Shown here: positions 19,480-28,300 of the stretch, piece after piece | Numbering within the stretch: position 1 is the first letter of the stretch | Layout of the letters: each line of letters starts with the position of its first letter | Assembly (NCBI GenBank): GCA_965223845.1 | Contig: CBDCXR010000004.1 | Location: forward strand, 960,001-1,024,000 | Direction of reading: 5' to 3' | Source of the DNA: Planctomycetota bacterium | GTDB taxonomy: Bacteria; Planctomycetota; UBA8108; SXIK01 | Length of the DNA stretch: 64,000 bases | Notes under the pieces: model-generated | What the model was told of the DNA's origin: nothing | Databases searched by the model: none | What the model saw: the letters and a program-made list of their open reading frames with translations, nothing else | Translations under genes and position numbers: made by a program

Positions 19480-20420
19480 GGGGTGGACTGCTCGTTCTTT
19501 TGCAGGTCCCGGAGGAGCTTCTCGCAAGCCGACTCGAAGGCGTCATCATCCTTCCAGTCCACGAAGTCGTCGGGCACGTAGTACTCGCGGATCTCGCGGG
19601 CCATGTCCTTCCCCGTGTCTGCGTCGAATGCCTCCCACTCCTGAACTTTCTTCCATTCGACGAGCCGGATCGGGAAGAGCACCTGACGATCTTCTCTCAC
19701 CTCGCGTTGCCGAGCCTTGTAGATCTCTGTGCCGACCCAGTCGCTCGTCATCGAATGCTGGGAGAGGATCAGGAGCAGCTTGTCGTAATCCCGGATCGCC
19801 TTGTCGATCTGGGGGTCCATCTTCTTTCCACGCTGCAAGTCTTCGCGTGCATACCAAACTTGAAGACCGGTCTCTTGCAATTTCTTGTAGAGACGCTTCG
19901 CGAACTCCTCGTCCTTGTGGCTGTAGCAAATGAAGCAAGAGTAAAACTTGATCGGGGAGCTCGAACCGAGAAGCGCGGGAATCTCTGAGATCCAGGAATC
20001 GGGGACCCCGCAGCCACGCAGAAACGCCTTCGGAAGCGGACCAGAGCGACAGAGGGTGTCGACGCCGATGGAGCTGGGGGACATGTGAACAAGTGAGTCC
20101 AATCCTTTGGTCGACGACAAATCACAATCCGCGAACACTGTGCCCCAGACGTACGCTCCGTCGAGATTCGCATCGACGAGGGTGGCGCGAGTGAAGTTCG
20201 CTGCGCAAAGGTTCGCGCTTCTCAGATCCGCGCCTTTGAGAGTGGCCCCCCAGAAGTCTGCACCGTTAGCGTTCGCCCGTTCGAGGTTCACATGGGGTAG
20301 GAACGCTTCGTTCAAATTCGCGTCGCTGAGATTCGGCACCTGCTCAGGATTCCCATCCCGCCAAGCATTCCAAGCCTCCACCCCCTCCTTCAGCTTCGCG
20401 ACATGCTCAGGATTCGCCAT
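19476..20420 (-). CDS. Pentapeptide-repeat + TIR domain protein
   Basis: A(N/D)Lxx repeats (ANLNE, ADLRS, ANLCA, ANFTR), then a TIR domain CFICYSHKD...LLLILS...SDWVGTEI...LFPIRL. GGAGGAG RBS; lower GC than its flanks. Confidence 0.9.
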   Translation of the reverse strand: MANPEHVAKLKEGVEAWNAWRDGNPEQVPNLSDANLNEAFLPHVNLERANANGADFWGATLKGADLRSANLCAANFTRATLVDANLDGAYVWGTVFADCDLSSTKGLDSLVHMSPSSIGVDTLCRSGPLPKAFLRGCGVPDSWISEIPALLGSSSPIKFYSCFICYSHKDEEFAKRLYKKLQETGLQVWYAREDLQRGKKMDPQIDKAIRDYDKLLLILSQHSMTSDWVGTEIYKARQREVREDRQVLFPIRLVEWKKVQEWEAFDADTGKDMAREIREYYVPDDFVDWKDDDAFESACEKLLRDLQKNEQSTP

Positions 20421-20491
20421 CTCTCCTCCGAGACAGAACGCCGGCCGAGCGAACCCGACGGGGGGTAGGGGAGTTGTGGGCGTGGGGGTTG

Positions 20492-20710
20492 CTATTCGCC
20501 CTCAGGTTCGCGCTCTTCGTCGCCACCGTCCTGGTCCGGCGTCTCGAACTCGACCTGTCCGCCGTCGTTCTTGATTCTACGAACGGCATCTTCGACAGCG
20601 CGAAGCGCTTCGTCGGCATCGTTAGGTGACTCATGCTGCGACCGCAACTGTTCGCGCCGATCGCGGGCATGATCTCGCCCGTCGAGAATTTGGCCCGCGT
20701 GCAAGAGCAC
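20492..20710 (-). other. Short acidic ORF, possibly a gene fragment between tRNA-Gly and the TIR gene
   Basis: 72-aa ORF with a helical, acidic C-terminal half. The start lies inside the post-tRNA hairpin and has no RBS. Confidence 0.3.
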
Positions 20711-20719
20711 ACGCGGGCC
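20692..20719. terminator. Hairpin immediately 3' of tRNA-Gly
   Basis: 10-bp inverted repeat ggcccgcgtg/cacgcgggcc. Confidence 0.55.
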
Positions 20720-20723
20720 TTTG

Positions 20724-20798
20724 TGGAGCGGGTGAAGGGGGTCGAACCCTCGACATTCAGCTTGGGAAGCTGACGCTCTGCCACTGAGCTACACCCGC
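20724..20798 (-). tRNA. tRNA-Gly(CCC)
   Basis: Reverse complement is gcgggtgtagctcagtggcagagcgtcagcttCCCaagctgaatgtcgagggttcgacccccttcacccgctCCA. Confidence 0.96.
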
Positions 20799-20866
20799 AG
20801 AGTCCAGGGGAGAGGAGTGTACTACTCACGGCACGCGGGCGGCAAGCGGCTGTCCGTCGATACTCC

Positions 20867-21970
20867 TCACCCCGTAGACTGCGTCACTCCACTCGCGACG
20901 GCCTCCGCGACCGCTGTGGTCGTCGAGCTTCCACCGAGATCGGGAGTTCGTACTTTTCCTTCGGCGAGGACCGCTCCGACCGCACTCTCGATGCGGTTCG
21001 CAGCGCGGGTGCACGCGGGGTCGCCGCTTCGATCGGCGAGCCAATCGAGCATCATCGCGGCCGAGAGAATCGTCGCGAGTGGATTGGCGATGTTCCTTCC
21101 GGCGATGTCCGGCGCGGTGCCGTGGGACGGCTGAAAGAGTGCGTGCTCGTCCCCGATCTCTCCCGATGGACCGAGCCCGAGCCCGCCGACGATCCCCGCG
21201 CCGAGATCGGAGAGAATGTCGCCGAACTGGTTCTCCATGACGAGGACGTCGAAGTCCTGGGGATTCGCGACCATGTAGAGACTCATCGCGTCGACGTAGA
21301 CCGCGTCAGTCTCGATCTCCGGGTACGACGCGGCGACGTCGAAGAAGATCTTGCGGAAGAACGCCATGCTGCGAAAGACGTTCGCCTTGTCGACGCAAGT
21401 GACTTTTCTCCGGCCGTCCGATGGTCGACCGGAGCGCTTTCGAGCGAGACGGAACGCGTAGTCGACGACGCTCGTCGTGCCTTTTCGGGTCACGACGAGA
21501 GTGTCCGTCGCGACCTCGTCGCCGACGACGCTTCCGCCCCCGAACGAAGCGAAGAGCCCTTCGAGGTTCTCGCGCACGACGACGAAGTCGATTCCCGGTC
21601 CGGTGTCCTTGAGCGGGCAGGGGACGCCCGGGTAAAGCTTCACCGGCCGGACCGCCGAGTGCAGCTCGAGCGCACGCCGCAGCCCGACCATCATGTCGGG
21701 TTGCACCTCCGTTCCGTCCGCTTTCCGTACGTCCGGGAGGCCGATCGCCGCGAGGAGCACGGCGTCCGCGGCGAGGCACCGCGCGAGCAGCTCGTCGGGG
21801 AATGCAACGCCGGTCTCCCGGTAGCGAGAGGCTCCCGCCTCGTGAGACTCGAGCGAGAGCTCGAGATCGGAATCCGCCGCTGCGGCCGCCGCGAGAACGG
21901 TCTCCGTCGCAGCCATGCACTCGGGGCCGATCCCGTCGCCGGGAAGAAGAACGATGCGGTGGGCGCTCAT
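20867..21970 (-). CDS. Isocitrate/isopropylmalate/tartrate dehydrogenase family enzyme
   Basis: LPGDGIGPE, VRPVK, VVREN, VDKANV, NQFGDILSDL and HGTAPDIAG..IANP motifs. Start ATG 21970 overlaps the cyclase stop. Confidence 0.9.
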   Translation of the reverse strand: MSAHRIVLLPGDGIGPECMAATETVLAAAAAADSDLELSLESHEAGASRYRETGVAFPDELLARCLAADAVLLAAIGLPDVRKADGTEVQPDMMVGLRRALELHSAVRPVKLYPGVPCPLKDTGPGIDFVVVRENLEGLFASFGGGSVVGDEVATDTLVVTRKGTTSVVDYAFRLARKRSGRPSDGRRKVTCVDKANVFRSMAFFRKIFFDVAASYPEIETDAVYVDAMSLYMVANPQDFDVLVMENQFGDILSDLGAGIVGGLGLGPSGEIGDEHALFQPSHGTAPDIAGRNIANPLATILSAAMMLDWLADRSGDPACTRAANRIESAVGAVLAEGKVRTPDLGGSSTTTAVAEAVASGVTQSTG

Positions 21971-22605
21971 GAGTTTCTCTCCTCTTCGATTGCTATGGCT
22001 CGCACCGGTGATCCATCGCCGCCCACGATCTTGAGCGGAAGGGCGACGAACGTGACGATGGGCGTCCGAATCTGATCGAGGTGAGCGAGCCCCTCGACGA
22101 CGACGACCCCTCCTCGAAAGAGAACTCGATGCACGGTCGTGAGCTCCTCTAAGTTGTTGACGTCGGCGACGGACGGTGGCTCGACTCCGATGAGCGCGAC
22201 GCCTCGCTCGACGAGCCACTCCGCGAGCTCGACGGATATGCGGGGAAGCTCGCTGCGGTACTCGTTCGTCCCGTGTCGGCGGTACCAGTCCGTGCGGAAG
22301 AGGAGTCGATCGCCCGGCCCGATGTCGTCCGCCGCCGCCAGCTCGTCCACCGTGATGAGCTGTCTCGGCGCGGCCGGCGCGAGATCGATGATCTTCGCGG
22401 TGCCCACCACCGCGTCGAGCGACTGCTTGTCGAGAGTTTCTCCGTCGGGGAGGAAATGACGCGGCGCGTCCATGTGCGTCCCCGCGTGCGAATAGAGGGC
22501 GAGAGTCGTCGCGTTCCAGCCGTCGACGTCGAGTCGTCGAGCGGGGGAAATGTCGACGCCCCGCATGTCGTTGTCCAGCGCAAGACTGAGATCGATGATG
22601 CGCAT
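21967..22605 (-). CDS. Cyclase family (KynB-like) metal-dependent hydrolase
   Basis: HAGTHMDAP (HxGTHxDxPxH) and GDGSPVRA motifs. Confidence 0.9.
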   Translation of the reverse strand: MRIIDLSLALDNDMRGVDISPARRLDVDGWNATTLALYSHAGTHMDAPRHFLPDGETLDKQSLDAVVGTAKIIDLAPAAPRQLITVDELAAADDIGPGDRLLFRTDWYRRHGTNEYRSELPRISVELAEWLVERGVALIGVEPPSVADVNNLEELTTVHRVLFRGGVVVVEGLAHLDQIRTPIVTFVALPLKIVGGDGSPVRAIAIEEERNS

Positions 22606-22608
22606 CGG

Positions 22609-23649
22609 CTAGGGGTTCCTCGCAAGTCCTCGCACTGGTTGACGCGACTTCGCCGATTCGTAGACCGCTTCCTCGACGCGAAGCGTGCGGAGGTAATCGA
22701 GCCCGTTCGTTTCGAAGCGTTCGCCCTTGCGCAGGCACTCGATGAAGTGGCGCTGCGTCGCGAACACGCAGTCGCCGGCGAAGTTTCGTTTCGTGTGCGT
22801 GTACGCGTGATCGCGCTCGGACTCTCCGAGGCGCTGGACGGTCAATCGCCCGTCCGCGTAGAGGCGGATCGAGCCTCCACTCCCTTCGACGAGAGCCTCT
22901 CCGAAGGTGTACCGCGGGTTGTCGAAGTTCGGCTCGTTGAACCGATTCGCGTCCCACATCCCTTCCGCGCCGCAGGCGAACTCGAAGAGGATCGTTCCCG
23001 CATCTTCGCCGGCGATCTCGGAGTTGAGCCGGCGAAGCGACGCGTAGACCCCGTCGATCTCGCCGGCGAGGAAGCGAAACGTATCGATGAAGTGGACTCC
23101 GGTTTCGAAGACGAGAAATCGCGGCATGGTGCGGAAGTACGGTTGTCGCGCGAGATATGCATCCCGCTGCCAGCCGTCACCCATGCGCGAGCGGACGGAC
23201 AGTGTATGGAGTCGTTCGCCGATCGCGCCATCCGTGATGAGACGCCGAATCTCGCGAAACCAGGGCTGAAAGCGAAAGTTCTCGTGGACCATCAGACGCA
23301 CGCCCGCCGATTCGGCCGCGTCGACGAGCTCGGTCGCCGCGGCGAAATCGGGCGCGAGCGGCTTCTGGCAGATCACCGCGATGCCCCGGTCGACAGCGAG
23401 CCGCGTCAGCTCCAAGTGGGAGTCGGGACGCGTGACGATGTCGACGAAATCCGGGCGCTCGCGCTCGAGCATCTCAACGACATCGGTGTAGACCGCGGGC
23501 ACTTCGTAGCGCTCGGCGGCGGCCGCGCCCGCTGCCTCATCCAGATCACAGATCGCCGCGAGATCGACGCCGTCGAGTCGCGACCACGCGTCGAAGTGAA
23601 ACTGGCTGAAGTACCCGGCCCCGACGGCGACGCCCTTCAAAGTCTTCAT
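22609..23649 (-). CDS. Gfo/Idh/MocA family oxidoreductase
   Basis: GAGYFS, ICQKPLA, HENFRFQPW and ETGVHFID motifs. ATG 23649 overlaps the MFS stop. Confidence 0.9.
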   Translation of the reverse strand: MKTLKGVAVGAGYFSQFHFDAWSRLDGVDLAAICDLDEAAGAAAAERYEVPAVYTDVVEMLERERPDFVDIVTRPDSHLELTRLAVDRGIAVICQKPLAPDFAAATELVDAAESAGVRLMVHENFRFQPWFREIRRLITDGAIGERLHTLSVRSRMGDGWQRDAYLARQPYFRTMPRFLVFETGVHFIDTFRFLAGEIDGVYASLRRLNSEIAGEDAGTILFEFACGAEGMWDANRFNEPNFDNPRYTFGEALVEGSGGSIRLYADGRLTVQRLGESERDHAYTHTKRNFAGDCVFATQRHFIECLRKGERFETNGLDYLRTLRVEEAVYESAKSRQPVRGLARNP

Positions 23650-25088
23650 TCTGAGGATTCCACACTCGTCCCCGGCGGAGGAGACTCGGGATTCGGTTCG
23701 CCCGACGACAGGAACTTCGTGTAGACGAGTGCGGCGACCACGAGGGCGATGATCGCGAGAAAGAGCGCGAGCCTCGCCTTGAGCGCTCTCGACGAAATCA
23801 CCCGGAGCTCGCGTCGCGGGTTCATGAAGAGCCAAGCGACGACCGCGAGCACGTTCATCGCCGCGGCGAACACGAAAAACGAGTTCGCGGTCCCGAGCGA
23901 CGGCGCGAGCACGGGAACCGTCACGTTCGCGACGAAGAAGGGAAATGCGATCGCGCTCAGCGCTGCTCCCAGATTCCCGACCATATTCATCGCTCCCGAG
24001 ACCGCACCCGAGCGACTGCCTCCGATATCCATACAGAACGCCCAGCTCGAGCTGAGGGTCATCTCGACACCGAAGATCGCGAGCGAGAAACATGCGATGA
24101 ACGGCCAGACCGTCTCTGCTTCGACCGTCTGCGTCGAGAGGATGAGCCCTACCGCGCCGAGCGAGTATCCGGCGATCGCCGGCAGACGCCGCGAGAAGAC
24201 CGGCATCCCACGGCGGTGGAGCCCGGTGACGAGGTATCCCGACACCCAGAGTGCGACCGCTCCGCCGAGAAGCGGAATCGACGCGGCGTATGCGTACTCC
24301 GCTCCCCACGTGTCTTTGATGTACGGCTGCAGCCACGTGATGCTGATGAAGAACGTGATGTTGCTCGCAGCGTACTGGAACATTGCGAGGAGGACGTTCG
24401 CCGACGTGACCACCTGGACGTAGGGGATCTCCTGCGTCGTCGTGACCTCTCCTTCGGCGATGCCTTTCTCGATGAGAGTACGTTCGCGGGCATTCACGGC
24501 CGCGTGATCGGCCGGATCGTTTCGGTACCAGATCCACCAGACGACGCCCCAGACGATGCCGAGGGCCGCGTTGGCGACGAACGTGAGTCGCCAGCCGATG
24601 ACGCTGATCACCGCGGGCATGAGGACGAGCGAGATCGCCGCTCCGACGCGCGCTCCCGAGTGAAAGATTCCCTGCCCGACGCCGCGCTCCTTCGCGGGAA
24701 GCCAACTGTAGAGCGCGCGCGTGGCTCCGGGGTAGGCCCCGGCTTCCCCGACGCCGAAGAGAAAGCGAACGATGAGGAGACTGATCGCCGTGTACACGAG
24801 TCCCGTGAGCGCGGTGAACACACTCCAAACGACGACGACGATCGTGAGCGCGAGGCGCGGCCCGGCGCGGTCGCTGAACCAGCCCGCCGGAATCTGAAAC
24901 AGGGCGTAGCCGACGGCGAAAATGCCGAAGGCGTAGCCCATCATCTGGTCATCGAGTCCCGCGATGTCCCCCTGCATCGAGTCCTTCGCCGTCGAGATGC
25001 ACACCCGGTCCATGTAGGTGTTGACGGTGTGGAGGAAGAGGAGGAGAACGAGCCAGTAGCGCTGGCGCGTGGCGATCGGTTCGATCAT
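23646..25088 (-). CDS. MFS transporter, anion:cation symporter (sugar-acid-like)
   Basis: NTYMDRVCIS, FQIPAGWFSDR.GPR, RFLFGVGEAGAYP and GAMNMVGNLG motifs. Confidence 0.9.
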   Translation of the reverse strand: MIEPIATRQRYWLVLLLFLHTVNTYMDRVCISTAKDSMQGDIAGLDDQMMGYAFGIFAVGYALFQIPAGWFSDRAGPRLALTIVVVVWSVFTALTGLVYTAISLLIVRFLFGVGEAGAYPGATRALYSWLPAKERGVGQGIFHSGARVGAAISLVLMPAVISVIGWRLTFVANAALGIVWGVVWWIWYRNDPADHAAVNARERTLIEKGIAEGEVTTTQEIPYVQVVTSANVLLAMFQYAASNITFFISITWLQPYIKDTWGAEYAYAASIPLLGGAVALWVSGYLVTGLHRRGMPVFSRRLPAIAGYSLGAVGLILSTQTVEAETVWPFIACFSLAIFGVEMTLSSSWAFCMDIGGSRSGAVSGAMNMVGNLGAALSAIAFPFFVANVTVPVLAPSLGTANSFFVFAAAMNVLAVVAWLFMNPRRELRVISSRALKARLALFLAIIALVVAALVYTKFLSSGEPNPESPPPGTSVESSE

Positions 25089-25342
25089 GCTGGCACCCGG
25101 AAGACGGCCGCGAGGTGGCAGATCGTACCGAGGGCGGACGCGCGGGGGAACCGTTCACCGGGCGGCGAGGCGACTGCTGCGGCTCCGGGCGGCACCGATT
25201 GCGCACGAAGATTGCAGGAAACGGGCGCGAGGTCCCGTCGATGCGGGCGCCCGTCTCCGCCGCGGCGGCACTTTCCTTTGGCGATCCTCGGGTCCGTGCC
25301 GTCATCGGAGTAGATCTTTGCGAACGTTCTCGATCTCACGTC

Positions 25343-28300
25343 ATGCCTTCCCACGATCACAGTTTACTCGAGCGTTGGCTCGACCGACGCGACGCCGAAG
25401 CCTTCGACGAGCTCGTCTCGCGTTACGCGGGCCTCGTGTTCGCGACGTCGCAGCGAGTCGTGCGCAACGAGGCGGACGCCGAGGACGTCGCTCAAAACTG
25501 CTTTCTCAAGCTCGCGCGGGTGAAGGTGCTTCCGCGGAGTTCACTCGGCGCCTGGCTCCACCGAGTGGCGACGCGAGACGCGATCGATGTCGTTCGCGCG
25601 CGCGAGCGGCGACGCCGCCGTGAGAGAAGCTTCGCATGTAAGCGCGGAGAATCTGGCTCGGAGCCGACGTGGAGCGAGATCGAGGAGCACGTCGACGAGT
25701 GCATCGCCGAGCTTCCCGATCCCCTGCGGGCGACGATCGTCGCCCACTTCCTCGATCGGAAGACGCAGGAAGAGATCGCGTCGGACCTCGGAGTCTCGCG
25801 CCAGGCCGTCAGTTACCGCGTTCGCAAGGGGGTGGAGCGCCTTCGCGCGCTCCTCGCACGCCGCGGTGTCTCCGCGTCGGTCGGTGCTCTCGGTGCGCTG
25901 CTCGGCGCAGCGCCCGTGGAAGCCGCCGCGCCGTCGACTCTCCTCGCTTCGCTCGGGCGGGTCGCGCTTTCGGGAATTGCGGCTCCGCCGGTGACGCCCG
26001 CGGCGGCCGCCGGTGCAGCGTCCGGTTCCGTCGTTCCACTTGGAGGTGTTCTCATGGGGAAGAAGCTCGCGATCAGCGCCGGGCTCGCCCTCGCTCTCGT
26101 TCTCACGATCACCGGGATCGCGTACTTCAGTGGGGGGGCTGATCACCACGACGATCGGGCGGATCGCTCGCCGGTCGAGGATCCAGCGCGAATCGACCAG
26201 CCGCGACCGGAACGACCCGCCGAAGAGGTCGCGCGTGTGGTTCAACCGCGCTCGTCATCGCCGTCGGACGTTCAGGTCGCGGCGAGCGACATCGAGATCA
26301 CCGGCGTCGTCTTGAGTGGCGATGGGGAGGCGGTCGGAGGAGCGTCCGTCGCCGTCGGGATCGACTCCGGCGAAGCGCTTCGCGCCGCCTTCCGCGCCGA
26401 GACCGACCGCGACGGCCGCTTTCGCTTGCCGATTCCTGAGGGCGTGAGCGCGGTCCATATCGGCGCATTTTCCGGCGAGTTCGGTCTCGGCGGCGCGAGG
26501 GTCGACGAACCGAACGCCGACGCCGAGCTCGAGATCACCCTCGTACCTCTCTGCGCGATCGGCGGCCGTGTTTTCGAGCGCGAGAGCGAAGCCGGACTCG
26601 CCGGATTGCGTCTCCGTCTCGCGGTCGGGCCGACGGCCGATGACTCCGCCGCGGCACGGTCTTCCGATGCAGACGCGGGGCGCGCGTCGGTTCTCTTCCC
26701 GGAGGTAGCCGACGTCGCGACGGGGGCAGCGGCGACGACGGTGACCAACGACGAAGGACTCTATCGATTCTTCGCGATCGGACCGCTCCGCGCGGACGTG
26801 CGTTTCGACGCTGTCGAGTCGGACTACGTCGTCCCCGGCCTCGATCGCACCGGGCGGAAGCCGCCGATCGAGCTCGCAGCGGGCGAGCGGCGACTCGATG
26901 TCGACTTCGCGCTCACGCTCGGTGGCGCGCTCCGCGGCGTTGTCCTCGAGCCCGACGGGACGCCGTCCGCCGGTTCGAAAGTGGAGCTCGTCGCGTCGTT
27001 CCCGACCCGGGCTCGGCGGCTCACGTGTGACGATGAGGGGCGTTTCTCCTTTCGGGGACTGGCCACCGGCGCCAACTATGTGGTCCAAGCCACGCAAGAG
27101 GGGTACGCACCGACGGCGAGCGAGTCGATCGCTCTCTCCGCGGTCGAGGAGCTGAGCGGAATCGAGATCGTCCTCCGCGTCGGCGCGTTCGCGTCTGGGC
27201 GATTCATCGAGGAGGGTGGAACTCCCGTCTCAGGACTCCGCGTGTCGGTCGAGCGTCCGTTCGAAGCGAGTTTCATCCGTTCCGGTTTCGACTCGATCGT
27301 CACATCGGATCTCGGCGAATTCTCGATCGGGCCACTCGCTCCCGGAACGTATCGACTGCGTCCGTCGACGGAAGCGCACAACCGGCGCAACTTCAGCCTC
27401 GTCATGCCGGATCCGACGCCGCCGGACTCGGGCGATGTCGAAGGGCTCGAGTTCGAGCTGGCGCGTCGAGCGGAGGGATACATCGCAGGCCGCGTCATCG
27501 ACGACGAGGGGCGCGGCGTCCGCGCCGTGGTCGCCGTCCGACGCCGCGGGCGACTCGTCGAGCGATCAGTCTCCGGTGACGACGGCGCGTTCCGAGTCGA
27601 TGGGCTCGAGGAAGCGGACGATTACCTCTGTCTCGCTCAATCGAGCGTTCACCTGGGAGAGCGAGTGAAGAACATTTCTACGTACACCGACGATCTTGTC
27701 CTGCTCGTCCGCCGGCGAGGTCGCATCTCAGCACGCATTCTCGACGCCGTCTCCGGCGAGCCGGTCGCACACTGCGAGGTTCGAGTCGCGTTTCGGCGCC
27801 CCGACGGAAACACGTTTCATACGAAGTGGACGCCGTACGACGATCCGGACGGAAGAATCGCTATCGACGGTGCGGAGTCCGCGCCCGTTCAGTGTCAGCT
27901 CCACGTTCGGTCGCCGGAGCATGTCTCGGCGAAGTCCTCCCGGTTCGAAGTTCCTCCCGGAGGAACCTCGGACGAGATCGAAGTGCGTCTCGAACGCGGC
28001 CCGGCCATTCGCGGGCGGATCGTCGACGCCGAGTCGGGCGAGGCCCTCGAGGGGGTGCGAGTTCGTTCGTTCACGCTGGACGCGTACCGTCCGAGTCTTC
28101 TCAACGCATCTCAGGACGCTTGGGGCGGAGACGATTTGTGGAAGCTCGGAATGTCGGACGTCGACGGCCGTTTCGAGCTGCGCGGCTACGAAGCGGGGAG
28201 CACCATCCATATCGTCGCGTGGAAGAGCGGGTACGGCACGGTGATTCGCCGCGGTGTGCGAGTCGTCGCCGGGGGCGTCGACACCGAGCTCGCGCTCGGC

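Noticed and set aside
20867-22957. 696-aa ORF suggesting an N-terminally extended dehydrogenase fusion
   Set aside because: The upstream part is Arg-rich out-of-frame read-through across the cyclase gene; the real start is ATG 21970.
22609-24828. 739-aa ORF suggesting an MFS-oxidoreductase fusion
   Set aside because: The N-terminal half overlaps the MFS gene in another frame; the real start is 23649.
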